A stretch of 60,474 nt of DNA, filler included, from Fonticula-like sp. SCN 57-25 (taxonomy: Eukaryota), in the NCBI GenBank assembly GCA_001724245.1. It is 5 parts of 5 records of this genome, joined end to end, with 100 filler letters (N's around TTAATTAATTAA, not from the genome) between each part and the next. Parts side by side here need not be neighbours in the genome. Positions count along the whole stretch, not along the records: positions 36,876 to 48,672 come from MEDX01000193.1; positions 48,773 to 60,474 come from MEDX01000194.1; 3 more parts are not named here. One strand, 5' to 3'. This document shows, one piece after another, positions 44,207 through 57,140 of this stretch (the stretch's first letter is position 1; every line of letters starts with the position of its first letter). A program made the position numbers and the translations under genes. Under the pieces are notes generated by a model, which saw only the letters and a program-made list of their open reading frames with translations, was not told where the DNA came from and did no database searches.

Positions 44207-46783
44207 ATGTCTCTAGCAGAAGCGCCTCCGGTAGACACGGGCGTGCCCGACTCTGCCTCACCCAGCGACGACGTAGACGAGCAGGTCCCCGTTCTAGAAG
44301 ATCTTTCGCTCGAGAGGAATGACAAGCGCTCGTCGGTCCCGTCGTTTGAAAAGGTTGTCGTGCAGGTTCCGTCGGCTGTTATCCGGACCGACGCCAAAGG
44401 AAACCACTTTACGGCGTACAATGTGGTGGTTACTATACGCGGAGCGGAGCTCTGGCGCATCGAGAAGCGCTTTTCGGCCTTTCATGAACTCGACCAGCAG
44501 GTGCGCCGCGATCACCGCGCCATCGCCGCCTCGATCCCGCGACTTCCCGACAAGGTACTCTTCAAGCGCCTCTCGCCTGCCACTGTCGACGATCGCAAGG
44601 TGCGCTCTTTTCGTGAACAAAAGCGCAAAGTATCTCATTGGACACATTGTAGACGTCTCTTGAGAGCTACTTGAATGCGGTGCTTGCCGCGGTCCCCCTT
44701 TGGACCCCTCTCCAGGTCTTTCTGAGTGTCGATCAGCAGCGGGATCCCGAGCCTGCGGCGGTACGCTCTTTCCAGTTGCTTTCCCCAGTTGATACTGACT
44801 CATGCCACGTGTAGGATAAGATCGCGGCGGAAGGCCACCGGCGCGGCTTTCTTTCAAAGCGCGGGCGCACCCTCGGCGTGTGGACGCTGCGCTACTTTGT
44901 GTGCCAGGGCGGCCACCTTGCGTACTACCGGCAGGAGCAGGACCCCGATGCCGGCGTGGAGGCAAACGGCACGATATCGCTCGAGGGCGCAATTGTGCAG
45001 GCGCTCGCCGACATCCCGCAAGAGTCGCAGTCGCACTCGTTCGCGCTGCTGGCCGGCGGGAAGCGGCATGTGCTGTGCGCCGAGAACGACGAGGAGCGCG
45101 ACGCGTGGGTGACCGTGCTGAGGACGCACATTGAGATGATGTTTCCGGTGAGCATCCCGTCGAACTCTGAGTTTGCCATATCTGGGACGCTCTTGTACAG
45201 GCCGCACAGGCTGTCGTCGCTAAAGCCGAGGCTGTGCACGATGGACGAGCACGCGCTGACGGTCTACAAGAACGAAATCAAGACGGACAATAGCGAAAGC
45301 GTGCGCGTTTATGTCATATTGTGCTTGTTTACTTACGACTTTTGTTGCTGCTGCTGTTGCTCCTTGTTTTTCCTTTTTCTACTTGCAGCCACTTGTGATC
45401 ATTCTGCTTTCGTCGCACTGCGTGGTTGAGAGTGCCTCTGACGCGGCCGAGGACGCTGGCTCGTTCTCGTCCTTTACTCTTTGGGCGCCCAAGAGCGGCG
45501 GCGAGCGCGGGCCGAACGCGCGGCACGTCTTTGCCGCAGAGACCCCCGAGGCGCGGGACGCCTGGGTGGGGCGCCTCCAAAAGGCCATCGAGCACGCAAA
45601 GGACGACCCGTCGCCAGCGCCGTCGCCACAAGAGAAGCGGCCGCCGCTCGGCGGGGCGCAGTCGCTTCGCAACAAGTTTTCACGAAGTGCGCATGGCAGT
45701 AATTTTGTATGTGCTTGCTCACCATTGCGGTGGTGCAGAGAAGGAGACGCCGACGGTCAACGCCAAGTTTGACGTGTTTGGGGCGCCGCTACAGGCGGCG
45801 GTGGACAACACTGCGTTGTACGATGGATTTGGTGGTGATGCGTGTGTGCTGACCGGGGGTAGGCCGGGGGGACCGGGGGTGCCGGCGGTGATACGGCGGT
45901 GCATCGAGTTCCTTGAGCTGCGGGGTACGGCGCGCGGGGTGCATTGGCAGCGGTGCTAAATGGGTGGCGTAGGGTTGGACACGGAGGGGATCTACCGGAT
46001 GTCGGGCAGCGTCGTGCAGGTGAACGGGCTTCGCGACATGTTTAGCCAAGGTACGCTTCGAGGAATGAACGCTGACGAGTATCATGCTCGTGTTTCTTGT
46101 CCCGTGCCTATGGCCAATTCCAATTCTTTGTGTTCCTTTGCCTGTGCTATTTTGTTCAATGTTGTTGATGCGTGTTTCCAGATGCCGCGGCGCATATCCC
46201 AGAGGACGCCGAGGTGAACGCGGTGGCCGCGCTCGTAAAGCTCTATGTTCGCAGCCTCCCCGAGCCCATCCTGACGAACCAGCTTCGGGTCGACTTTTTC
46301 GCGGTGGCGTCGCTGGACAACCGGGAGAGCCGCCTCGAGTCGCTGCGCAAGCTTCTGCGTCTGCTGCCGGCCTCGCACTACGACACACTTCGGTATCTCA
46401 TGGCGCACCTGAGCCGCGTGTGCGCCCTCGAGGACGTCAACAAGATGAATGTGCGGAACCTTGGCATCGTGTTTAGCGGCACAATGATGATGGCCGCGCG
46501 CGTCTTTTCCGATTTTATCATCGACTTTGAGCTATTGTTCCCTGAAGCTGAGGCGCAGGGTGAAGAGGCAGAGGCGCAGGGTGAGGAGGTGGCCGAGACG
46601 CCAACCCATGAGTATTCGGCCAGGTGCAATGACGCCCAGAAGACCGATGAGGCCCAGACGCCGAGCAAAGAGGATGCGGCGCCTTTGGAGAGTGAGAGCG
46701 AGGGGGAGAAAAGTACTCAACAAATAGATAACGAGGAGGCAAAGGAAGAGGAGACAAAGGAAGAGGGCGGCCTGGAGCAGTGA
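44207..46783 (+). CDS. PX-PH-PH-RhoGAP protein, multi-exon
   Basis: PX (FTAYNV, EKRFSAFHEL, PRLPDK), PH (CAENDEERDAWV), RhoGAP (GLDTEGIYRMSG, KLYVRSLPEP, NKMNVRNLGIVF). Confidence 0.88.
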
Positions 46784-47527
46784 TAGGTCGACCGAGTATG
46801 TTCATTTTGTTGTAGTTTAGCAATGTGCACGGAATGTCTTTAATGTACCAGGCTCAATTGATTATAATAATGCACAATAAATACTCTAGTTTTAATACTG
46901 TACCACCAAACACATTTCTTTTATTTAAATATTCCTTCGGAGCACCTTTCGCTATGCTTCTCTGTTCCTCCTCCTCTCAACATGGATGACCACGAAAAAG
47001 TCGTGGCCACGTACACTGTTGGAATGAGTGGATCATTCACAGAGAAACTCACGATGATCTTTGTGAATATTGAATCTGGGAGTTTACATGATTGGTTTTC
47101 TTTTCGATCGTTTGATTTTCGTGTAACGATCCAGATTCAATTTGTTCTTGTGGGATTGCTCGCGGTAGTGTTCCGCCCTTTCTGCCTCTAAACCGGTGCA
47201 TCTGCCCGCGACAGGTGCGCATCCGTGCGGGACGGGAGCCTTGGCCATGCTTTGTGGAGTGGGACTTGGGCATCGCGGGGCGCTGTTCATTCATCCACCA
47301 GCGTGAGGGATGGAGGATGCTGCGTGAGCGCGTTGAAGCGCGCGCGGATACCGTCTCTAACGAGTGGATGGATGGACGCCATCGTGATGTCCATGGCCAT
47401 GGGGAATCTTTTTTTTTCCTCTCTTGTTCCTCTAGCGCGCCTTGTCCTTTGCGCCCGCTGACTTGTAGCGCCACTGGGAATTGAGTACTGACGCTGCTCT
47501 CTTGCGTTTTCTTAGGCAAACTATAAA

Positions 47528-48013
47528 ATGGCGCCCCAGCAGAAGGAGAAGAAGCAGCGCGCTGCCCTCGAGGAGGTTGTTACTCGCGAGTACACCATCC
47601 ACCTTCACAAGCACGTCCACGGCCAGTACGTGGAACCTGAACTTGAGTAGATCAAGTGCTGATTTCTTTTCCAGGTCCTTCAAGAAGGTTGCCCCGACTG
47701 CCATCAAGGCCATCCGCACCTTTGCCCAGAAGCACATGGGCACCAAGGACATCCGCATCGACGCCGGCCTCAACAAGGCCGTCTGGGCCACCGGTATCAA
47801 GAGCGTGCCCCACCGCATGCGCCTCCGCCTTGCCCGCAAGCGCAATGATGACGATGAGGCCAAGGAGAAGCTTTACACTGTCGTCAGCTATGTCGAGCTC
47901 CCCGCTCCCCTTACGAAGTCGAACCGCAGCGGTACGCTCTTTTCTCTTTCGCCCGCGTAACTTTCTGCTCACCCATTGGTCTAGGCATTGTCACCACGAA
48001 GGTTGACGAGTAA
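47528..48013 (+). CDS. RPL31: 60S ribosomal protein L31 (eL31), 3 coding exons plus a leader intron 47215-47515
   Basis: [58 protein letters not shown]. Confidence 0.95.
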
Positions 48014-48772
48014 AGTTGTGTGTACACAATAACACTGATGCACCATTTTTATTGCTCTTTTGCTTATCCACACGTGGGACACTTGGTCCACGGGCGCACT
48101 CTGCGGCGCGTCCATCGATATGTTTCCTGGCTGGCTTCTTTCACGCCTCTCGATTTTTTCGAATGACTGCGCGTCCTTGCGCGTGGGCGTCCACAATTTA
48201 AGCTGTCCACTGCAGATAGGTGATTGTGGCTGTTCATAAATGGTCAAAGTTTCATTGAGAACGACAAAGGCACAAAGGCTAACTAGCTAGCAGATCGAAT
48301 AACAATGCCGAACAAAACATGCTTACATACATATCGAAAATGATAAAAATTAAATGTCACATGCGATAAGCATACACTAGTGACAAAATGAAAGGGCATG
48401 ATGATGCTAAATGACCCTATAGTCCATGCAAAGACCCGGGTGCGCCTGCAGGTCGGGCGGCAGGTGGACCACCGTGGACAAATCCCATGCCATCATATCA
48501 CTGCTGCCCGTGCACACGCGGAACGTGGCCGGCGTCGGCGGCTCGGGGGCGCATATCAAGAACCCATTCACGACCCGGCACACCTGTGTCGCCGCCGACA
48601 GCGGCCCGCCAATATCAATCCGCTGAAGCGCTGGGTTGTGCGCAATCGTCGCCGTCCCGTTGAAGACGAGATNNNNNNNNNNNNNNNNNNNNNNNNNNNN
48701 NNNNNNNNNNNNNNNNTTAATTAATTAANNNNNNNNNNNNNNNNNNNNNNNNNNNNNNNNNNNNNNNNNNNN

Positions 48773-49013
48773 GCTCGCGACGGGCGGGTCGGCCGCCAAG
48801 GCCATCGAGGTGCTGCTCGAGAGCGGCGTCGAGGAGAACAAGATCATTTTCCTCAACCTCGTCGCCGCCCCCGAGGGCATCGACGCGCTCCTCGCGCGCC
48901 ACCCGCGCATTACCATCATCACGGGCGCAGTGGACGACGAGCTCAACGCCAGCAAGTACATCGTCCCTGGCCTCGGTGACTTTGGCTGCCGCTACTTTGG
49001 AACCACCGACTGA
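48773..49013 (+). CDS. Uracil phosphoribosyltransferase domain, C-terminal fragment
   Basis: LATGGSA, IIFLNLVAAPEGI, YIVPGLGDFGCRYFGT. Confidence 0.88.
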
Positions 49014-49213
49014 TCGCGGTGGCGGCAGCGGCGACTGGCGATCACCAGGCCGACTTTGTAACATCATATGAAACACATTTTCTGTGAAATAACACAATTT
49101 GAGCAAAATTGACGCCTTTATGTGTCTTTTCGACGACAAAAGTTTAACTTTTGCCGCCATCCCGGTCACTGTATGCCTCACCAACACTTTACCTTTATTA
49201 CTATCTATTACAC

Positions 49214-50367
49214 TTATACAGCCGCGTTCGCCACAGCATTAGGCGCCGCGTTCTTCTTTGCCCACTCTGCGAGCGTCGCCTCGTCAATGTAGTCGTACCG
49301 CCAGATCGTCGCGTCGGCGCACACGTACACAATGTTCCTCCCCTGGGGCCCGCCAAACGCGCACGCGCGCACGGCCGCCCTCGAGCGCTTGTGCCGCAGC
49401 TCCGACACCTCGCGGCCGCTCTCCACGTGAAAGACGGTGACGACACCCGACGCATCGCCGATCGCGACGTAGCGGCGGTCGATGCTGAGGCCAAAGCGGC
49501 ACTCGTTGTTGCCCGCGCTTCCCTTTTGGGAAAAGCGGCTCACTTGCTTCTCGGAATCGACATTCCAGTACTCGGCGCGGCCGTTGACCGACTTTGAAAG
49601 GACGTGCGCGTCGTCGATGAAAGCGAGGCCGTCGATGGCGGCATTGTGAACGCGCTTGGTGATCTTGGTGCCGCGCGCGGCGGCGAGATGATGCGCCGTC
49701 GAAATGTCCTTGCCCGCCGTCAGATCGGCGGGAAGAGAAAACAGCACAAAATCGCCGCTGTTTGTGCCAATGATGAGCCGCGTGCTGCTCGCGGCGGCAG
49801 CAGATGCGCCCTTGGTATCAAAGATGGCGACGCAGAGGCCAGACGAAATGTCCCAAACGCGCACGCCTTCATCCTTTGCGCACGAGAAAAGAACGCGCGG
49901 AAGCGACTCGTTCACAAACACTTGAACGACGCTGTTCTTGTGGCCTTCAAGGACGCGCAGAACGCTCGACTGCGTCAAGCTCACGATCTGGATCGCGCCA
50001 TTGGCGCCGCCGAGCGCGAAAAGGGCATCGGCATCGGACGGCAGCCAGCAGCACGAAAGAAGCTCCTGCTTCTCAGTTCCAGTATAGTGCGATACAAGAT
50101 CAAGGTGGTCGCCAAAGTGCTCATTGTCGTACACGTTGGCCTGGACCGCGCCAACCGTCGCCATTAGATTGCCGAGATCGGGCGACGTCCGGTTGAAGCA
50201 AATGTCATTCACCGACTGAGAATGATTCTCCTTGACAATCCGCCTCAAGCGGAGCTCCTTCAAAATGTCGTCATTCAGCTCCACATCGCCTGCACACAAC
50301 ATGAGAACACATTACGGGGGCAGAGCCATCGCGCACCTTCAACGTCCGACAACGTCCGCTTCGTCAT
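49214..50367 (-). CDS. WD40 protein, EED/ESC- or LRWD1-like
   Basis: KENHSQSVNDICFN...ATVGAVQANVYD, LEGHKNSV, VHNAAIDGLAF, DATIWRYD. Confidence 0.7.
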
Positions 50368-50597
50368 GGCGGAGCGTTCAAAGCGGTCAAAAAGGCGCGC
50401 CAAATTACAAGATCAGCCAAAATAAGCCGAATCAGATCAGATCAGATCAGCAAATCAGGACAAATAAGATTGTTATCAAAACTGGTTTTTTATTTCGCAG
50501 CAACACAATATCATTCGAGTAAGAAAACAGCAATATATCAGTCGATAATAACACAATACAGCAAAAAAACTACAACATTGCAATAGATATAATATAA

Positions 50598-51833
50598 TCA
50601 ACTTGTGGAATTAACAAAAATGTACTTTGGATGCACGGCGATCGGGTAATCATCGACCAACTTTCCTCGAAAGTCGCCGTACATTTGCTTTGCCAGCGAT
50701 CTGTACTTTGGCAGCAAGTCTCTGTCGAATAAAAGGTGTGCGTTTTGCGGGTTGTACGCATAGTGCACCACGATCACGTCGAGGAGCGCTGCACATTCGC
50801 AGTCGGCGATCGTCGGCCACAGGCTTGATATATACATCTCGTCGCTCCGTAGCCCGTCGGTCGCGGCCGGCTCGCCGTACGGCGCCTTTTCCATAAGCCG
50901 CATGACGTCAATCATCTGCTTTGTCAGCACGATGGCGTTGATCGACCACCTGACATGCGGCGCGCCGACGAGCGCGGACGTGTTGTGCGAGTGCGACATG
51001 CCGAGCTCGTGCACGGAATCGTTCCCGCTAAACATTTCGACTGTGCCGTCGGCGATGCGGGAGAGAAAAGTGTTGTGCGCCAGCATCGCGCAGCGGGGAT
51101 CGACCAGCGAGCATCGGCCGTAGGGATCGTCCTCGAAGCGGAGCGCCATGGGATCCGACGGGATCGGGATCGCGCCCGCGGTACTCTGGTGATAGTGGCC
51201 CAGCCGCGTGTGGTTGATCACGTTCGCCGACAGGACGCAGTAGGCGCCGCCGTACGTGCGGTACCCGCGGATCATGTTGGCAATCGCGTCGGGGTGGATA
51301 AACACAGTGTCATCGTCGATCTTGAAGTAGATCGTCCGGGGATCCTGCAGCGCGCCGTACAGCGGGACAAAGTCCGTCGAGGACTGAATAATAGGGCGCG
51401 GGACAACGCGGTACTCGGGCGTCACCGCCGCGACCGATTCCACCATCTCGATCGTCCCAGAGTTGACCGTGTTGATCAGGAACAAGACCTCATCGACGAG
51501 ACCGCCGCGGGACTTTAGGTTGTTCAGCAAATACGTATCCAATATGTCAAAGTAATTCTCGCGACAGCAGAAAACAACTATGCTCACCCGCCAATCATCC
51601 GTCGTCGGATTCCACCAATGCTCCGGCGGGCCAACTTCTTGACCGGTCGGTGCCTTGGTCGGCAATGTCGCATTCTGATGCCAATCCGCCGCGCCGCCAA
51701 ACGTGCCGTCAAACAACAACTCGACATATACGTACGAGTCCGAAAAGCGGTACACCATCGGGAGCAGAGCAAGCGCCACCACAATGCAAAGCACTGCGAT
51801 CCGCGGAGCCCGCCCCGCGATGGCCGGAGCCAT
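50598..51833 (-). CDS. Type II membrane glycosyltransferase-like protein
   Basis: N-terminal TM segment; YFKIDDDTVFI DxD-type motif; SANVIN, RWSINA, VHYAY.PQ. Confidence 0.65.
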   Translation of the reverse strand: MAPAIAGRAPRIAVLCIVVALALLPMVYRFSDSYVYVELLFDGTFGGAADWHQNATLPTKAPTGQEVGPPEHWWNPTTDDWRVSIVVFCCRENYFDILDTYLLNNLKSRGGLVDEVLFLINTVNSGTIEMVESVAAVTPEYRVVPRPIIQSSTDFVPLYGALQDPRTIYFKIDDDTVFIHPDAIANMIRGYRTYGGAYCVLSANVINHTRLGHYHQSTAGAIPIPSDPMALRFEDDPYGRCSLVDPRCAMLAHNTFLSRIADGTVEMFSGNDSVHELGMSHSHNTSALVGAPHVRWSINAIVLTKQMIDVMRLMEKAPYGEPAATDGLRSDEMYISSLWPTIADCECAALLDVIVVHYAYNPQNAHLLFDRDLLPKYRSLAKQMYGDFRGKLVDDYPIAVHPKYIFVNSTS

Positions 51834-52017
51834 TCCCGGAAATGCTGACTGTACAATACACGATTTCTGACTAAATCGGCGATCGACTTTGCAGCGACTT
51901 TGCACTTGGACGCGTTCTGCATCTGTGCATCATGCCGAAAAGTGGCAAAAAAGTGAATTTTATGTAGATTTTTCTTGTCAAATTACGCGCAATTCATTGA
52001 AACTGTTCAAAAATGGT

Positions 52018-53247
52018 CTACTTTTTCACGTCTTGACGTCGGGGAAGGTCGCCGTGCCGTGCGACATCACGGCCGCGAGGCCATGCTTGAGATCCTCCTG
52101 CGTGTACGCGATCGCCTGCGAGTCCGCCTCGCGCTGCAGGGCGACGCCGAGGCCGGCGTCGTTGTGCATGCGCAGCGACTGCACGGTGGCGCGCACGGCC
52201 ATCGGGGACGCGGCGGCGATCCCGTCGGCGATCTTGAGCGCTAAAGTCGGGGGTGTCAGTTGGGGGTGAGTAGAAGATCGGGCGTACCGGCCGGCAGGAG
52301 GTCCGCCTGGGGGTGGACGCTGAGCACGAGGCCGAGGCGGAGAGCCTCTTCGGCGCTATGCAACAAGTTAGACGACAGGGAGCAGAGCGGTAAAGTGTCG
52401 AAATGGGCGAAAGTGGTATAAGATGAGCAGAAAAAGTGACATGACATTGCCACAAAATGACACAAAGTGACACAAAATAAGCACCAAAGTGCACAAAAAG
52501 ACACAAAAATCATTAAATATATATATAAAGAACACACACTTTTAAAACACCACACGTTGACACATGGCAACACGAACACGTCACGACAGTGAACCATCAC
52601 AGGTTTGCGTACGCAATGAGCTCGCCGGTCAGCAGCAAGCGCGACGCCACCTGCGCGTTCGTCGCCTTTGCCAGCAAGTAGCTGCTGCCCATGCCCGGCG
52701 GGATGCCGATCCGCACAAAGTTGAAGCCCATCTTGGCGGAATCGGCGGCGAGGCGAAGATCGCACGCGACAGCCAGCGCCATGCCGGCGCCCACGGCCGG
52801 CCCGTTGATCGCCGCGATAACGGGCACGGGAAGCGAGCGCACGGAGAGGAAGCGGCGGTAAAACGCGCGCATCGCGACGGCATTGGTCGGCGGGGCGGTC
52901 GTCAGGCGGTTCGTCAAAAAGTCGAGATCGCCGCCGGCGCTGAAGGCGCGACCGGCGCCAGTGACAACAAGCGCGCGAAGACTGTCGTCCTCTACACATT
53001 ACAAACATTGTCAGTATCACCTGTCTGTTTCGGCATCGGCATCGGCGTACTGGAGAGGTCCGTAATGGTGCGCTCAAACTGCTCGCCCATGGCGATCGTC
53101 AGCGCATTGAGCGTCTTGGGATTCGAAAAGGTCATCACGGCGACGCCATTGGCGCGGCGCTCAAGAGTGAGCAGGGACGAGACTGCGCATGGGGAAGGGT
53201 TAGAGGTGCACGGCGGCGCGGCAGAAGAGCGTACGAGCGGAGGCCAT
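52018..53247 (-). CDS. Enoyl-CoA hydratase/isomerase, mitochondrial, multi-exon
   Basis: AFSAGGDL, PVPVIAAINGPAVGAG, CDLR, FVRIGIPPGMG, LLLTGE. Confidence 0.88.
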
Positions 53248-53989
53248 CGCGAGGGATCTCTGCAATTGTCACGTGATGACGCTTATTTGCGTGGTTAACC
53301 GTACGGCAGTAAAAGCATTATGGGCATATAAAACTGCCATATGCTCGCATTTTAGCATGGTAAATAATGCTAAAATGCATTGCTATAGTAGAGTGGCTGG
53401 CCACTGCAGCTCTGCGCAGAGGTTTTATAGGTCTTCAAATCGTTCCTACTCGCTGATTGGACGATTCCGCCGGATCGTGATTCTGATTGGTCCATTATTC
53501 ATTTTCTTCTTCTATAGATCCTGTGGCGAGCTGCTCGCGACGCAGGACAACCGCATACCCCAAACCAATATACAGCTTGAATAAAAATGAATGTTTAGAG
53601 CGTATTGGCACCATTTTCATGTTTGAAAAAAAATTATCAGACCGCGGACGGCCTTCTTTTTCTTTGTTTTGAAGTACTTTGGCAAGTACACACTCATACA
53701 AACTGACTGGGTATTGTGCTTCATTTCATGTTGTTGAAAAACTCGCAGACTCTTCCAGCCTCACTGACGTCATTACTATGTCACATATCTCTTCTTTTAA
53801 TGTCTCTTTACCTATTCATGTGTTTATGATTACTCGACTGTATTGCAAAAGCATAGAAAAACAACGACAACCTAGGAGTGATCGAGCGACACACTGAAAA
53901 ATGGCAATGTTCCGCCACTATTTTGTCGAGAAATAAAGTACAAACGGGGCTTAAAAGCACTTTGAAACGGCCCACTTTGACCTACTTTT

Positions 53990-55577
53990 TTACTTTTTAG
54001 ACCTTGAAAGCGTCGCGGTCTTTTCCGGCGTCCTAAAGTAAATACCGTCGTCGCTGAATCTGTACAGTTCCTGCGCGCTGTCCTTGAACACTGCCTTGTT
54101 CCCCGCGCCCGGGTTGAGCGACGACCGCATGACGTTGACAATGATGAGCACCTGGAGCAGCTGCGTGGCAGAGTCCCTCCCAAAGAGGCGCTCCCGGACG
54201 AGCCAGTCTACAGCGTCGCGGCCGCTAAAGCTGTTGACGTACGTCTTGACGCGGCCGACAAGACCGCGGAGAAGCTGCATGTCACGTGTCTTGATAGACG
54301 AGCGCACTTGCATGAGGAAAGTGCGCCAAATAAGCTGCTCGTCCTGCGCGAGAGACGAAAAAGTTGCTTTTTTGAGACGCTCGCCAATCGAAAGCAGCGT
54401 CGCAGGCGGCACAACAGCAGCTGCGGCCGGCGTTGGCGTGGCGGCGGCGGCGGCGGCGGGCGGCTGAGCGGGCGTGGCAGCAGCAGCAGCAGCGGCGGCG
54501 GCAGGCTCGGGGGCGCGCACGGGTTCCGGCTCTGGCGCGGGCTCGATGGCGGCGGCGGCGACGGCGGCGACAACGTCGGCAAAGTCGACGCCCTCGGCGC
54601 GGTCAACGTAGTCGTCGCCCGTCAGCGACTTGTACAGCACTGTGGCAGGCATGTCAGTAGAGAAAAGGGAAAGGAAATTGCGCACCTGTGAGGCGGTCGA
54701 CGACGTCGCTCAGCTCGGGGCGATCGTCGGCCTCGGCCTCGGTGCAGCGCGAGGCTTCGGCGACGAGCTCGCGCGGGGCGCCGGACTCGGCACGCTCACT
54801 AAAGGCGCGTGGTCGTCAGGAAAAAGGTGAAAAAGTACACAAAATAACGCACAGGATTTCGTCGGGGTTGATGCCAAAGCCCGGGACGACGCGCTTAAAG
54901 ACGCTCATGCCGGGCTCCTTGCGCGACACGAGCTCGCACAGGATGACGCCGTACGAAAAGACGTCGATGCGCTCATCGTAATCCATGCAAAACATGATTT
55001 CGGGCGCTTCGAACCATTCGCTGCCGCAGAATGTCATTCCTTTCTTCTTGTCATCGCCGCCGGCCGTGCGCGAAAAGCCGAAATCGCACAGCTTGGCATC
55101 ATTGTTTTCGTCAAGTAAAACGTTCTCCGTCTTGACGTCGCGGTGAATAAAGTGGTTGCGGTGAAGGTACGCAAGCGCAGAGGCAACCTGGAGCGCGACG
55201 CGCACGCGGTCAGTCCACGGCATGAAGCCATTCTTGAGGCGGCGGCGGAGATCGCCCCCCTTGATCAGTTCAGTCACAAGGTAGAGATCCGCGTCCTGCG
55301 CAATGCCGAGGAAGCGGACACAGTGAGGGTGGCGAATGTGGCGAAGCACCTCAACCTCGCGCGAAAAGTACAGAGACACGTCATAATCGGCGTCATTCTG
55401 CTTGTAAATCTTTTTCACAGCAACGTCCTGCCAAGCGAGAACGCATCAGCAACAGAGAGGTTGGATCATAGTCAAGCGCACCTGGCCCTTGTACTTGGCG
55501 CGGTTGACGCAGCCAAACTGGCCGCGACCGAGCTCGTCGCCAATTTGAAGCTCGCTCAGACTGATTACCGCCGCCAT
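53990..55577 (-). CDS. TKL kinase (LIMK/TESK-like) with C-terminal DEP domain; kinase C-lobe appears short
   Basis: LGRGQFG, HRDVKTEN, CDFGFSR, APE, DVFSYGVILCE; DEP YVNSFSGRDAVDWL...FKDSAQELYRF. Confidence 0.8.
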
Positions 55578-55680
55578 GTGTGCGTGTCCTTGAACGCAGA
55601 CGCAACGGCCACCCAGGAGACGACCGGCGGGCAAAACAAAGATTAAAATCGCATGCGATTTTGCATGCGATTTTACAGAA

Positions 55681-56813
55681 ATGGCGGGACGCAAGCGGCC
55701 GCGGGAGGACGGCGGCGACGATGGCGGCGGCCCGTCGTCTGATCACGACGAGCGGGTCATGGACACGCGACAGGTGCTTGGTGAATCGCTGAATATGAAT
55801 GTGACGCGGGAAGACCGCGAGTTTCCGCTGTCTCTTCTGGGTATGTTGCTTTTTTCGTTTATCTAGGCTGACGTGTTGCAGCGCATGACGATGACGATGG
55901 CGAGCAGCATCAGAGCAAGGAGCACGACCAAGTGGAAGGCGGGACGTCAGAAGTAGTGGAAGAGGAAGACGATGAAGCGGACGAGGCGGACATGTATGAT
56001 CAGTCGCACGTTGGCCATGAGCATGTCGACCATCTTCAGGCGCAAGAGCACGGCGACATGCAGCTTCACGCCTCTGATGATCGCCGCGCCGATCCCCATC
56101 TCTCCCTTCACGGCTACCAATTCGGCGACCTTGACACCTCCTCCTACGTGCTTGACGTGCCCTCTTCGTACACTGCTCTTCCTGCCTCCCCACCCGACAC
56201 GTCCGAAGGGATCGCGCCCCCCCCTCCCTCTGGCGAGCACACGATGCAGCTCCCCGACGGCCGTCTTGTGCGCTGGACGCGCGCCAAACGTCCCGGCCCC
56301 GGCCTCCGCCTCTCCGCCGCTGAGCACGAGCTCGTCCTGCACGTCTACGACTACTTTCGCGGCAACGCCGCCTCGTCGCAGAACCACGTTCTCAAGCAGA
56401 CGAGCGACGCCCTGCGCATCGGAAAGGGGAAAATTCGCGCTCTTGTGACCGACCGAGACCGACTTGTCGCATGCGTACGCACCCTTTCTTGTAACAACTG
56501 CTGCTTACCCACGTGGACACAATAGGGTGCGCCCAAGGACTGCGTGCCGCTGCCCGAGGGCGAGTCGCGCCGCGGGACGGGACCGCTGCTGGGCGGGGAA
56601 CACCGGCGGTTCCTCAAGGCGCATGTCGGCGCGCACGGGCCGCCAGAGTCGCTCGAGGCGCTCGCGGCGGTGCTGGCGAGGCTGCCGGAGAGGGGGCAGA
56701 GGATGGCGCAATATGGCATGATGATCTCGCCGGGCGCGATCGTTCTGCAAGATGATCAGCTGAAGAGTATATTTAAAAAGTGGAGAAGAAAACAAATCGA
56801 TTCGCAGTTGTAA
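55681..56813 (+). CDS. Hypothetical protein with acidic N-terminus and possible HTH, multi-exon
   Basis: GT-AG-bounded exons; VLHVYDYFR...KQTSDALRIGKGKI. Confidence 0.45.
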
Positions 56814-57140
56814 TTTTAGTGTCGCACGTCATATTTGTTTTGTGTACAGCCGTGAACTCTTTGCGGTGTGACTCGAATGTCCCGCACATGTGATGAATTA
56901 TCGAGTATTTATTATCATAATGTTTATGCTGTAGTATTGGCAGCATGTTTGCTGCGTGTATGGATGTATTGTAGTTTATATTGCGAGCATAATAATATGA
57001 GTTTCCCGTTGGAAATACACATATACCGCGCTCTCCCACGCTTCCTCAACCGGGTAGACGAAATAGATCAACTCGGTTTGATTTCCAGGTAGATCCCCCA
57101 TTGTCTTCTGTGCTTGCCGCGTCTCGCCTGCTGCGCCATC

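Noticed and set aside
48398-48672. Possible 3' gene fragment before the spacer
   Set aside because: Too short and no recognisable motif
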